In this document: one piece after another, positions 19,843 through 29,865 of the stretch
Numbering within the stretch: the stretch's first letter is position 1
How the letters are laid out: each line of letters begins with the position of its first letter
Source: a virus
Virus record (IMG/VR): IMGVR_UViG_3300031885_000008
Location: 3,382 to 67,381 of that record
Length of the DNA stretch: 64,000 nt
Direction: 5' to 3' (one strand)
Translations under genes and position numbers: made by a program
The notes under the pieces: model-generated
Seen by the model: the letters and a program-made list of their open reading frames with translations, nothing else
Databases searched by the model: none
What the model was told of the DNA's origin: nothing

Positions 19843-22443
19843 TTACGGAATACCGTGTTCAGACGGTGTAGGAACCATTGAGAATGAAGTTTCATTCTCG
19901 TTACGTCGCACTTGTTCGGTTAGCCTCGCAAGAGACTGCCCGTCTACACTAATGTTTGAATGCAAAATTATTGTTTGCGTCGGCAATTCGGCACGAGGCG
20001 ATATTCTTGCCTTAGGAAGAGGCTCCGCAGCCGAAGGTGGCGGTAGTGTGTATCCAGTGTTACTACCAGTCCTTGCAGATCGCGAACGTTGCACAGCTTC
20101 TTCTGCTAGCAACGCTCGACCTGTTAAGGGAGAAGGTGGAGGTGTATGAAGGGGGGCCGGACTTGGTTCAGGGATGGATCCTACTTTGCGAGGACTCGGA
20201 GCCGATTCTGAACGTAGCAATCGCGCATATCTATCTAGCACCCACGATGTCTCACGCTGTGCAATTCCAACTGGAGACCATCGTTGAAGTCCAACATCTG
20301 GACTAAACATCCATTTTATTGCAGCTCCAATGGTTATCATCACAGAAAGCATTGAGGTAATCATTGCAAACAAGCGAAGCAAAGAGTTTACAGCCGGAAG
20401 AATGTCATTAGCCAAAGTCGCTCCAAATCCTTTAGCTTCTGTATTCGCACCTCGCATCGCTGGTCCGAGCCCTGCATAATGTAGCGCGCCCCCTAAATCT
20501 CGGAAACTCTGCGCAATAAGATCCCACGAAATTCTAAATTCTTCTGCATATCCGTGCGCCACAACCATGAAAGTTGTAAAGGTTAGAGACAACCATGCAA
20601 CCTTATTGATAACACTCGCCAAAGCATTCCCAATCCACCGACCAATATTCTCACCAAATCGACGCCACCTTACAGCAGGAGCTTCTGCAGCGTCAGTAAC
20701 GTCTGCTGTATAAAGCCCAAGCATTTCAAGAAGCGGTCGAAACGTATCCCGAAGACCGCCGATTGCATGCCCAACTCTCCGAAATGTGAACTCAAATCCA
20801 TGCCTAATTCCATCCCACATCACCCGAAGACCTTGATATATGCGCCAAACCTTTGTGGCAAAATCACGAACTCCAAGATTCTCTTCGAGTCGAGAGGTTA
20901 GGCTCGTCTCCTCGGTCAAACCGCCAGTCGTAAACAACTCCTTCATCATTCGGAAGAACAGCCTGACATGCCGAATTAGCCGCGTAAAGTAGGTTCCTAT
21001 TCCCCCAATGTTGAACTTTGCAGCAATCCCAATCCCAACTAGACCAGCTACAAGAATCCCAAATGCGGCAACAAGAGGAAACACAAGAATCGACAGCGCA
21101 GCAAACGTCGCCAGTACAGTTGTGAACATTGGAATTACCAGGGCAATTCCAAACACAGAAACCATGAACGCGCCCATCGCAATCGTCGCCACGGAAATTC
21201 CAATGAATAGTCCGGCCAGCACCTTGCGAGTTATTGGGGACAAGGAGTCAAACGCGAGTGCAATTGCCCCCAGAAGTTTCCAGACGACTTTCAGCCCTGG
21301 GGCGAGCACTTGGCCAAGCGACTCCCCAAAGACGTCTCGAAGCGTCCCGGCCGCAGCAACCAAGCGATCACGTACCCCTATGAACGACTCCTCGACGATT
21401 CGCCGAAATACCTCTGCTGTCCCCCCTGCCTCGCGTTGCGCTTGAGCTAGATAGGCAACCGCCTCGGCATTCTGTACGACCTCTCCCGTCGGAAGAGTTA
21501 TCCCTCGCTCTATCTGCCGTTTGATGCCCATGACCGCTGTCATGCCATACCGACCGACAAGGGCATTGGCTACCGCAGCACGCTCAGCCTCATTCGTGAT
21601 GCCGTTCAACGCCGTCCCAAGATCCACAGCTATTTCCATGAAATCTCGGAATCGCCCCGTCGTCTCGTCGGTCAGACTGACTCCAAGTCGCTGCTTGACC
21701 TCCCCAGCACGCGTTGACAGATGGATGAGGGCGCTCGACACAGAGGCCGCCGCGACGGACGCAGCAACGCCTGTATTCCGAACCAGGCCTACAGCCGTAA
21801 GCATGGTCTCCAAACTCTGATGGGCCGCCCCAGCACCTCGGGACACGTTTCCTAACGCGATCTGCAATTCGTCGGCAGACAAAGCCGTCGTGTTGGAAAT
21901 TGCCAGCAGACGATCGACGGCCCAACCAGCCTGATCGGCACTCAACCCAAACGAATTGAGAGCGGCCCCAACCGTTGCCGAAGCACGCTCGAGGTCAATC
22001 ATCCCTCCAACTGCGAGATCAAGCGTAGCTGGCAAGGCAGCAATCGTCTCCCGAGCTGTGAGACCCAAGGCCGCCAATTCTCGTTCGGCCGTCGCTGCTT
22101 GAGCAGGAGAAAACCACGTTGTCGTGCCCGACACGAGTGTCGCCGCACGAAGCTGCACCATTTCTGCAGCAGTTGCCTGGCTGACTGCTCGCACCCTCGT
22201 GAGCTGCTGTTCCCACTCCCCCGCCACGTTTGCCGCCTGAAGCCCGGCACGCAAGCTCAGGATGCCGGCGGCCATTGTCGCAATGCCGGAAGTGACCCCC
22301 AGCATACCTGCCTGAAAAGCAACACCGGATAGCCGAGCACGCAACGCAGCCCTGTCGAGCGAAACACCAACGCCTTGAATTACTCGGCTGGCCCGATCAC
22401 GGGCAGTCAAAATAAAGCCTAGCGAAAAATTGTTGAGTGCCAT
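19843..22443 (-). CDS. Tape measure protein (TP901-like core)
   Basis: Ala-rich; FSPAQAA...TLDLA core; hydrophobic central segment; 866 aa. Confidence 0.92.
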   Translation of the reverse strand: MALNNFSLGFILTARDRASRVIQGVGVSLDRAALRARLSGVAFQAGMLGVTSGIATMAAGILSLRAGLQAANVAGEWEQQLTRVRAVSQATAAEMVQLRAATLVSGTTTWFSPAQAATAERELAALGLTARETIAALPATLDLAVGGMIDLERASATVGAALNSFGLSADQAGWAVDRLLAISNTTALSADELQIALGNVSRGAGAAHQSLETMLTAVGLVRNTGVAASVAAASVSSALIHLSTRAGEVKQRLGVSLTDETTGRFRDFMEIAVDLGTALNGITNEAERAAVANALVGRYGMTAVMGIKRQIERGITLPTGEVVQNAEAVAYLAQAQREAGGTAEVFRRIVEESFIGVRDRLVAAAGTLRDVFGESLGQVLAPGLKVVWKLLGAIALAFDSLSPITRKVLAGLFIGISVATIAMGAFMVSVFGIALVIPMFTTVLATFAALSILVFPLVAAFGILVAGLVGIGIAAKFNIGGIGTYFTRLIRHVRLFFRMMKELFTTGGLTEETSLTSRLEENLGVRDFATKVWRIYQGLRVMWDGIRHGFEFTFRRVGHAIGGLRDTFRPLLEMLGLYTADVTDAAEAPAVRWRRFGENIGRWIGNALASVINKVAWLSLTFTTFMVVAHGYAEEFRISWDLIAQSFRDLGGALHYAGLGPAMRGANTEAKGFGATLANDILPAVNSLLRLFAMITSMLSVMITIGAAIKWMFSPDVGLQRWSPVGIAQRETSWVLDRYARLLRSESAPSPRKVGSIPEPSPAPLHTPPPSPLTGRALLAEEAVQRSRSARTGSNTGYTLPPPSAAEPLPKARISPRAELPTQTIILHSNISVDGQSLARLTEQVRRNENETSFSMVPTPSEHGIP

Positions 22444-22492
22444 GGCCCGTCGTTGCCTCTCTACTTTATCTATGCTACTTGCCCGAATTTAT

Positions 22493-23796
22493 CCAGAAGA
22501 TTGTCGTCTTTAGGCGACAGGTGAATGGCGTTTTACTTGCGTTTGCTGAAAAAGGAATATACTGTAAGCCATGTTCACCGCAACGCGCATCCGCCTTTAT
22601 CCAAACGCCACGCAGGAGAATGCCATGGTACGACAGTTTGGGTGTGTGCGGTGGGCGTGGAACGACGCACTTGCGGAGACGCGGCGTTTGTATCAGGAGA
22701 CAGGCAAAGGACTCGGATACGAATCCATGGCCGGTCGCCTTCCCATACTGAAACAAGAGCATGAGTGGCTCAAAGAGGCCAATGCGCAATCCTTGCAGCA
22801 GTCACTACGCAACCTTTCCCGGACGTTTGTAAACTTCTTTGAGCGGCGTGCAGGGTATCCACGATTCAAATCTAAATTTGGTTCGCAGTCGATCCAGTTC
22901 CCTCAGGGCGTCAAGGTCAACGAGAAGCGCGTCTTCTTACCCAAAGTAGGGTGGTTCAAGGCGGTCATCCATCGCCCTATCGTGGGCGAAATCAAGACGG
23001 TCACGGTGACGCGCGAGCCATGTGGCCACTACTACGCCTCGATTTTGGTGGATGATGGTCGACCAGTTCCAGCAGCGTCGTTTAATGGTCCAGTCCTTGG
23101 GATAGACGTGGGACTCATCGACTTCGCCGTGACGAGCGACAAGAATCATTTTGCAAATCCCAAACACTTAAAGCTGGCGGAAAAGAATCTGAAGCGCAAG
23201 CAACAGAAGCTCACGCGCAAGGTCAAGGGCTCCAGCGGGCGCGATAAAGCACGTCGATTGGTGGCGCGGGTGCACGAGCGAGTCAAAAATAGGCGCAAGG
23301 ACTTTGTGCACAAGGTTTCGACACGGCTGGTTAACAAAAACCAAGTGATCGCCGTGGAAGACTTGAACGTCAAGGGTATGCTGTGCAATCATAGCTTGGC
23401 GAAGGCCATCGCAGACGTGGGGTGGGGCGTGTTCACGCAATTTCTGAAATACAAGACGGCCCGGGCAGGGAAGGGATTGATCAAGGTCAATCGTTTCTAT
23501 CCCTCGTCCAAGGCATGCAATGCGTGCGGGTGCGTTCGGTACAATCTTGATCTGTCGGTACGATTTTGGACGTGTGGCGACTGTGGGGCCAGCCATGATC
23601 GTGATGAGAACGCGGCGCGCAACATCCGAGATGAGGCGCAACGCATGATATGGGCTGGGATCATCCCGGCCTCTGCCCCGGGGACCGGGGCGGCTGCCGC
23701 TGGAGGGAACGTGAGTCGGGGCCGAGGGCGGAAGTCCTCGATCACGCAGATCCCGGTGAAGGCGGAAGCTGTCGCATTCATGCGACAGTAGTTCAC
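22493..23796 (+). mobile_element. IS605/IS1341-type tnpB-only element 1
   Basis: Preceded by TTTAT (candidate TAM); left-end hairpin TTGTCGTC-TTTA-GGCGACAG; right-end hairpin CTGTCGCA-TTCA-TGCGACAG ending TTCAC; no tnpA. Confidence 0.85.
22571..23791 (+). CDS. tnpB: RNA-guided endonuclease TnpB
   Basis: RLYPN HTH start; RuvC GIDVG / VEDL / DRDENAARNI; CxxC...CxxC ribbon. Confidence 0.95.
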   Translation: MFTATRIRLYPNATQENAMVRQFGCVRWAWNDALAETRRLYQETGKGLGYESMAGRLPILKQEHEWLKEANAQSLQQSLRNLSRTFVNFFERRAGYPRFKSKFGSQSIQFPQGVKVNEKRVFLPKVGWFKAVIHRPIVGEIKTVTVTREPCGHYYASILVDDGRPVPAASFNGPVLGIDVGLIDFAVTSDKNHFANPKHLKLAEKNLKRKQQKLTRKVKGSSGRDKARRLVARVHERVKNRRKDFVHKVSTRLVNKNQVIAVEDLNVKGMLCNHSLAKAIADVGWGVFTQFLKYKTARAGKGLIKVNRFYPSSKACNACGCVRYNLDLSVRFWTCGDCGASHDRDENAARNIRDEAQRMIWAGIIPASAPGTGAAAAGGNVSRGRGRKSSITQIPVKAEAVAFMRQ

Positions 23797-23822
23797 TTCA
23801 CTCCAAGTGAAAAGGTAAGACG

Positions 23823-24398
23823 ATGGCCCAGTCTTTCCCCACGAAGACAACAACGCCTCCACCGGAAAGATGGAGACCGGTTCCGGACTACGAAACACTC
23901 TACTCCGTTTCAAGCGATGGGCAGGTACGCCGCGAACTGACACGCACCAGCGGAAAACAGGGTACGCTGAAAACGGTCGGCCCAGACTCCGCCGGGTTCC
24001 AATGCGTCTGCCTCAGCCGTCCAAACGACAGAGGCCGGCAAATTGCGGTCCATCGATTGGTTTGGAAAGCATTTAGGGGACCAATCCCAATCAACAAAAT
24101 CATTGTCCACATCGACGGCAACCGGCTCGACAACAGCCTTGCAAATCTCAAAGAGGTTCCCCGCGGATCGCTAGCTCGCCGGAATGTCCAAAACGCAAAA
24201 GCAAAAAATGAGAAGCTCGACGACAAAGACGTCGAAAACATTCGCCTTGACCGTGCAGGTGGACTCACAATTCGACAGCTCGCCACCAATTATGGAGTCT
24301 CAATTGTACACGCCAGAAATGTCGTTCTTGGGCGAGCGTGGAAAAATAGAGGTGGCCCGATAACACGGCCTCGCTACAGACCTAACGGTGTCGTGTAG
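23823..24398 (+). CDS. NUMOD4-HNH homing-endonuclease-like protein with C-terminal HTH
   Basis: WRPVPDYETLYSVSSDGQVR; VHRLV...HIDGNRLDNSLANL; IRQLATNYGVS. Confidence 0.85.
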   Translation: MAQSFPTKTTTPPPERWRPVPDYETLYSVSSDGQVRRELTRTSGKQGTLKTVGPDSAGFQCVCLSRPNDRGRQIAVHRLVWKAFRGPIPINKIIVHIDGNRLDNSLANLKEVPRGSLARRNVQNAKAKNEKLDDKDVENIRLDRAGGLTIRQLATNYGVSIVHARNVVLGRAWKNRGGPITRPRYRPNGVV

Positions 24399-24687
24399 CC
24401 CGTGCGATAGCATCAGACTCGAGCTGTCGTTGCTCAGTCAACCACTCTACCGCAGCGAACATCTCGCCCAAGCTCATGTCCAGAATATCCCTTCGGCAAA
24501 AAGAATATCCGGATCCGCCGTTTGGCATGTAACAAAGAACTCGAGTAAGCTGCCATAAATCCTCAGTTGAAAGAAACTGAAAACAACCGAACAAAGTCAG
24601 GTTTGCGTTTGACCTTGTGCCTGTTTGGCCCGCTGCCGCTTCCTCCTCAGCTTGGAGGGCGCGAACATGGCCTGCAAGTCCAAAGGG
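24382..24687 (-). CDS. Tail assembly chaperone C-terminal (T-like) segment, probably reached by -1 frameshift
   Basis: -1 frame opens just before C CCT TTG (24687-24681) and stays open to 24382. Confidence 0.65.
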   Translation of the reverse strand, partial: PFGLAGHVRALQAEEEAAAGQTGTRSNANLTLFGCFQFLSTEDLWQLTRVLCYMPNGGSGYSFCRRDILDMSLGEMFAAVEWLTEQRQLESDAIARATRHR

Positions 24688-25376
24688 AGTTCAATCTCCC
24701 ATTCGTACTGGCATCCCTGACAGAATACCTCGATGGATGTTTCTATCCCGCCGTCGATCTCATCGAAGGATGAAATCAAACTCTCAACATCTCCCATTGA
24801 GAGTTCTGCGAGAAACTTCGGGAGATCCCGCGCCTTCACGTTCTCCACCTCGAGCACGCGTGTCTGCAATGACGCCGTGACCAGATCGGTAGAATTCTCT
24901 CGAATTACCTTCAGAGCACGCAACTGATCGAGTCCGTCCATCAGGCGAAACCATACCTTCCGCCCATCTCTCAAAGCTGTCTCAAATTTGTTCGTACCCA
25001 TCGCGACCGCATTTCGAGAGGCCGTTGGAAGCAAACGCATTGGAAGCTGCGAAAGCGGAACGTCCCATATGAATTTATTTGTGCACCCGGGGCATCGCAG
25101 ATCCAGCTCGTAGGATTCTCCAAACGTCTCAACTCGAATCATCACAAGAAGGTACGTCTTGTCACACGACAGTACCCGATCCCAGTTGAGCTTGCCTTGC
25201 GAATCCAATGTATATGGACCCGCATTCGTTGTTTCAACCCAGCAGGAATTCAAAATGCGGTCCGCTGCATGCCCTGCACGCAATTCTCGCGCGTTTCCAA
25301 GTACCCCAGCAGCCTCCGCTGCGAGGTACTTGATACGCCCTGAAAGTCCAGACGGACATTCGATGATGTCACTCAT
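24597..25376 (-). CDS. Tail assembly chaperone (T4 gp26-like, two CxxC)
   Basis: DKTYLLVMIRVETFG..Y...CPGC...CQGC; between tube and TMP. Confidence 0.8.
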   Translation of the reverse strand: MSDIIECPSGLSGRIKYLAAEAAGVLGNARELRAGHAADRILNSCWVETTNAGPYTLDSQGKLNWDRVLSCDKTYLLVMIRVETFGESYELDLRCPGCTNKFIWDVPLSQLPMRLLPTASRNAVAMGTNKFETALRDGRKVWFRLMDGLDQLRALKVIRENSTDLVTASLQTRVLEVENVKARDLPKFLAELSMGDVESLISSFDEIDGGIETSIEVFCQGCQYEWEIELPLDLQAMFAPSKLRRKRQRAKQAQGQTQT

Positions 25377-25446
25377 GAATTCGCCTTCCCCTTTATTCGT
25401 TAGGAGCCGACGATGAAACTATCATACGTTGATAGGTCGGGCAAGC

Positions 25447-25908
25447 TCAGGCAAGCTCGGGATAGTCGTAGGCAAGTACGAGCGTCTCGATCACATTCTC
25501 ATCCGCGCCGTTGTCCCACGCACCGGCCACAAATCGCTTTGGCCAGGCATTATTCAATCGCCACGTCCGCAACGTATTGTTGTCACGGTCGAGCTGTTTG
25601 ATTTCAACGGTGCGCTTGTAGTCCTCATCGACGAGACCCGCGTGCGCCGAGGCGTCTGCCATCGACAGGAACCAATTGTAGACGTCTTCGTCCTGTGTGG
25701 CCCCACGCTCAAGCGTGATGTCATCCACCGTCAGCCGTCCAGGAGCCTTGTTGGAAATCAACACGCCGCCTTCCCACTGCTCCACGACGGCGGCTTCCAT
25801 GGCGACCTCAGAACACGTCTGAAACGCAGCACTTCCGAACCTATCAATATCCACCAGAAACTTGAATTTCTTGTGGAAACTTCGCGGACCTCCAATTATT
25901 TCGGCCAT
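25447..25908 (-). CDS. Tail tube protein (T4 gp19-like)
   Basis: FQTCS...DITLERG...WRLNNAWP...IETLVLAYD. Confidence 0.93.
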   Translation of the reverse strand: MAEIIGGPRSFHKKFKFLVDIDRFGSAAFQTCSEVAMEAAVVEQWEGGVLISNKAPGRLTVDDITLERGATQDEDVYNWFLSMADASAHAGLVDEDYKRTVEIKQLDRDNNTLRTWRLNNAWPKRFVAGAWDNGADENVIETLVLAYDYPELA

Positions 25909-25923
25909 AGTCTGTTTTCCTCC

Positions 25924-28179
25924 TTACGCGGTCGCCGCCGCGAGTTCCTCTTCCAATGCCCTGGTATCCTGGGAGACGCGAATGATGATGAACTCCGCCG
26001 GCTTCTTCGTCGCAAGCCCTATGCGAATGTTCATCTTCATCGCAAACTGCTCAGAAGGAGGGTTGAGCCCCAAGCCGGTATCCACGAAGAAGCTCGCCGC
26101 AGGCGTCGTCCCGCGAAATGCCTTGTTGTTGAACTGCACCAGCAAAAACGCAGCGATCGTTCGGTTGACTCGCGCACGGCTCGTGTCCGTGTTGTCCCCA
26201 TGGCGAGCAAATTGCGTTCCTCTCTTGATCGACTGCTCGATGTACGTCACGCCACGTCGCTCGGCGACCGTTGGGAAGTTGCTTGACGTCTTGAGGGCAT
26301 AGACACCGTCGATATGCAGCGGAAGTCCGGGGGCCGTCGTGAGCGGATTGATGTGCTTCGGGTAGATGAGGTCCCTGCAGGTCTCCTGCTTGACGTCGTC
26401 ATCCTCGAAGCCAACGACACCCCGAAGAATTCCACGCTCGATCCCAGCCGGTTGGTTGTATACGCCGCCAGGCTGAGACGCATCCGTACGCGCGTAAACG
26501 CCTGCGATGTGCCCCGAGGGTGGAACGATGATCGTGTCATCCAGCCCGAACAAATTCTTGTTCGGATTGATCACCTTGACTTGCGGCCAGTAAATCGCCG
26601 CGAATTCTGACAACTCGTAGAGTGCAGCCGTGGTGTCCACGTACGTGCAAATGTCCGTCTTGCTGTATCCGGCCGGCGGATCCAAGATGGCGAACACCTG
26701 CCCGTCACGAATTGTCTCGCAGTAGGTGATCATCGCGTTGTGCATGGTGGACCCTTGCATGTCGGGCACGGCCAACAGCGCAAGGTCCAACGACTGATCC
26801 AGCACACGCAACCCAGTCGGGCCGCCCACGTCACCGACGAAGTCAGCAGCGGTGATGTCGTCGATCCCGTCCAGGCCTCCGGCCAACGGACCATGATGAA
26901 CCGTGACGGTTACCGCAGGACGACGTTGCGCCGTCGTCCCAACAGCATCCACGTCCTCGGCCGACACCAACTGAGACCCGGTCTTGGCGTGGTTCACGAT
27001 GGTCTCGACATAGCGATCCGCTGTCGAATCCATCGTCAGGTTGGCGAAATTCTCCATCACCAACCCGCCATCCAACACCCTGAGATTGAACTCGCTGGCG
27101 ACCCCGCTCGACGCGTTGGAAATTGCGACCGTAACGTCGTTCACGTACGTCCCGTCGTACTTCCCCCACATCTTCAACGTGCTCTGCGCCGCTCCGCTGG
27201 TGCCGGAATGCGTAGCGTTGTCAAAGCCGAGTTCGTCGTCTGAGGTTGAGGGCGCGGTCACCTGCACCGAGTAGGACGCCCCTGCCGAATTTCTGGTGAT
27301 CTTGGCGTATCCACCGGAATTGGAAACAGTCACGCCTGCCACTGCCAACTCGACAACCGTCTTGACTTCGGCAATCGAAACAGCGTCAATCGCTGCCACG
27401 TTGCCCGTTCCAGCTACGCTGCCAGTCGAAAAGCCAAGGATCGCGTTTGCAGTTCCGCCCGTGATGTGCACAACGGATGCAGTCCCTCGGGTATCCGAGG
27501 TGATCGTGACCTTGGTGCCTCCGGAGGTCACCGTGGCGTGTGCACCGATGCACTTGGCGTTGATCACCGCAGCAACTTCTTCTGCGGTGGCCGCCCCGAT
27601 GCTCACGAATTCCGACGTGAGGAATGCAATCGTCTGCTCGGCTGCTGCGTCAATGTGGAAAATCAGCGTGTAGCCGTTGACCAATGCATAATTCTCAGCC
27701 GTCGCGCACTGCACAGCCGCAGCCACCGCAGTGAAGGTCGCTGTCGTCCCTCCGGCGCCGTCGACCGCGACAATCAGCGTGTCGGAAGGCTCCAGATTGA
27801 ACGGCGCCAGGGCGGTGCCGAGAACCGATCCGGCCGTTGCGGACGTAGCCGCGGTCGGAATCGTATATGAGCCCTTATCGCTGTGCTTTGAGCTGACCAC
27901 CGAGGCGTCGGTGAAATGCACCGTCCGGACGAAATCGAGAACCTGCCCGCCATTCTGGAAGAAGCCTCGAACGGCGTGGCTAGCCTCGCCATTCAGAATG
28001 TCGCCTCCAAAGTAGGAGGCCCATTCCTCGAAGGAGAGCACTCGCTTCAATTCAGCGATGGGTCCGCGTTCGGTGATTCCAATCATGCCGAGCACGTTCG
28101 TGGGCACGCCCTGAATTTGGCGAATCCGTGGCTCTTCCTCAAGAATGATGGTTTTGGACGCAAGTAGTTCTTTTGCCAT
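25924..28179 (-). CDS. Tail sheath protein
   Basis: GITERGP...FFQNGG...VPPSGHIAGVYARTD...KPAEFIIIR. Confidence 0.96.
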   Translation of the reverse strand: MAKELLASKTIILEEEPRIRQIQGVPTNVLGMIGITERGPIAELKRVLSFEEWASYFGGDILNGEASHAVRGFFQNGGQVLDFVRTVHFTDASVVSSKHSDKGSYTIPTAATSATAGSVLGTALAPFNLEPSDTLIVAVDGAGGTTATFTAVAAAVQCATAENYALVNGYTLIFHIDAAAEQTIAFLTSEFVSIGAATAEEVAAVINAKCIGAHATVTSGGTKVTITSDTRGTASVVHITGGTANAILGFSTGSVAGTGNVAAIDAVSIAEVKTVVELAVAGVTVSNSGGYAKITRNSAGASYSVQVTAPSTSDDELGFDNATHSGTSGAAQSTLKMWGKYDGTYVNDVTVAISNASSGVASEFNLRVLDGGLVMENFANLTMDSTADRYVETIVNHAKTGSQLVSAEDVDAVGTTAQRRPAVTVTVHHGPLAGGLDGIDDITAADFVGDVGGPTGLRVLDQSLDLALLAVPDMQGSTMHNAMITYCETIRDGQVFAILDPPAGYSKTDICTYVDTTAALYELSEFAAIYWPQVKVINPNKNLFGLDDTIIVPPSGHIAGVYARTDASQPGGVYNQPAGIERGILRGVVGFEDDDVKQETCRDLIYPKHINPLTTAPGLPLHIDGVYALKTSSNFPTVAERRGVTYIEQSIKRGTQFARHGDNTDTSRARVNRTIAAFLLVQFNNKAFRGTTPAASFFVDTGLGLNPPSEQFAMKMNIRIGLATKKPAEFIIIRVSQDTRALEEELAAATA

Positions 28180-28187
28180 GGTGTCGC

Positions 28188-28553
28188 CTATTCAACCTTT
28201 CGCGTCTTGACGCCGTTTTTCTCGACCCGGACGCTTCCGTTCTTCGGCGGCTCTAGCACCGCATGAATCTCGTCGACCAGCATCAGGAGTCCCGCACGCA
28301 CCAACCTGACCACGTCCGGCACCGCCGCGATGGCGTCCGGGAATCCTGACTTGGACGCCCCGGCCAACAAAGACAGCGTCCCCGAGCACGCCTTGCGCTG
28401 CTCGAGTCGGCCCACCTGTCCATTTCGCGGATTCAGCTCATTCGTACAGACGAGTTGTCGGGTGAAGCCCCAAGACCGCCGATGAAATTCTGGGTGATCC
28501 AGGGAAATCATGCACCGACGTCGCCCTACATTGACCAACGTCTTCATCTTCAT
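28188..28553 (-). CDS. Small virion protein upstream of sheath
   Basis: ATGA coupling; operon position. Confidence 0.6.
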   Translation of the reverse strand: MKMKTLVNVGRRRCMISLDHPEFHRRSWGFTRQLVCTNELNPRNGQVGRLEQRKACSGTLSLLAGASKSGFPDAIAAVPDVVRLVRAGLLMLVDEIHAVLEPPKNGSVRVEKNGVKTRKVE

Positions 28554-29797
28554 CCTCCTGGGCTTGGGCCAACGTCGTAGCTCTCGCCCGTCTGATCCAG
28601 AGAAGTAACTATTTCGTCAATCATCTGGGTGACCTCGACGATACTCTCTCCGGTAAATCCAGCAAGCTCCTCCAGGTCGAACCCTCGAATAACGACACTA
28701 CCAGAAAATGCTCGGATGTTTGAGACGCTCTCAAGCGACATCATGCTAAAGCTTCCACCAGCAACAAAATCAAACTCATACCGAACCTGGCCCAGGCTTG
28801 GATCGTCTTCGTCTCGATCCAGGTAAATGAACGGATTTCGATCTACAACCTGAGTTGCCAACGCCATCAGGTTGAGTAGCTCAACCTGAGAATCGCTCAC
28901 GCCGACGACAGCAAATATCAAATCAACCGTATACGGAGCGGGGCGCAACACAATCTCCCCGCTCGGAAGCACGGTTGTGAGCATGCCGTTCAAACTGAAA
29001 AAGCGATCCTCTACCAACTCTGGGCCATTCAGCGCGATCCCAGGAAGCTCGGCAAGAAGTAGAGTATTCAGCCGGTCTCCGGTCTCGGCGTCGTATTCCG
29101 TATGGGTTCCAATGACGACGTTCGGAATTATTTGTTTCCGGAATTCTCGAATGAGCCTCCGAACCAACCGAGCCAATCCTGTCTCTGTCGCAAGCTGAAC
29201 ACGAGCATACGTGTAAGCGTCGGTCGCCGTGACAGATTCTCCGGGAATCAAAACTCCCTGATCATCCAAATTACGCACGACAACGTCGACTTTACCCTCC
29301 CCGTACGCATGGGAATCTATCTCTACCCCGGCAGTAAGGCTCTCCGCCGTCAGAATTCCAGCCGCTGTCAAGGTCAACGTCGATGGGGATACCGTCCCTA
29401 GGCGAAACGTTGCATTGTTATGTAGGCTTTTGTCTACATGAATGTACTGTCCAGGGCAAAACCCATCTGCTCGCCACGAACCAGCACTCCGAACAAGCGT
29501 ATCAGGCACCGTGTGTGCAAAGGTTACAAGTGGATTTCCAACCATGCGAATGGTCGTGTCCGCAATTGGAGACGGAGGAGCCAGCACAAACAAACGATTT
29601 GACCGCAATACCCTGGCGCTCGAGCACGCCTCGCCCCCGAAGAGGACTTCCACTGTGGGGCCAAGATCGGGCGCAACCCCAGGAGCAGCCCAGTCTACTT
29701 TTCGAATGCGGAAATTATCCCCGTAAATATGCACACCAGAGCGACCTGTCGTCGGCCCTCGGCTAGGGGTGATGGTAAAAATGACGGGCGTCGCCAT
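28550..29797 (-). CDS. IPT/TIG-domain tail terminator-like protein
   Basis: ITPSRGPTTG...IYGDNF IPT start; located before sheath. Confidence 0.65.
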   Translation of the reverse strand: MATPVIFTITPSRGPTTGRSGVHIYGDNFRIRKVDWAAPGVAPDLGPTVEVLFGGEACSSARVLRSNRLFVLAPPSPIADTTIRMVGNPLVTFAHTVPDTLVRSAGSWRADGFCPGQYIHVDKSLHNNATFRLGTVSPSTLTLTAAGILTAESLTAGVEIDSHAYGEGKVDVVVRNLDDQGVLIPGESVTATDAYTYARVQLATETGLARLVRRLIREFRKQIIPNVVIGTHTEYDAETGDRLNTLLLAELPGIALNGPELVEDRFFSLNGMLTTVLPSGEIVLRPAPYTVDLIFAVVGVSDSQVELLNLMALATQVVDRNPFIYLDRDEDDPSLGQVRYEFDFVAGGSFSMMSLESVSNIRAFSGSVVIRGFDLEELAGFTGESIVEVTQMIDEIVTSLDQTGESYDVGPSPGG

Positions 29798-29865
29798 GTC
29801 GCTGCCAGTCTAACAAAGAAAACTCTCGAACCGCCACTCCAATCCATCCCAAAATGCGCAAGCTC

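Noticed and set aside
9191-29797. Extracellular contractile injection system or tailocin interpretation
   Set aside because: Portal, terminase, capsid and neck genes are present, so this is a phage
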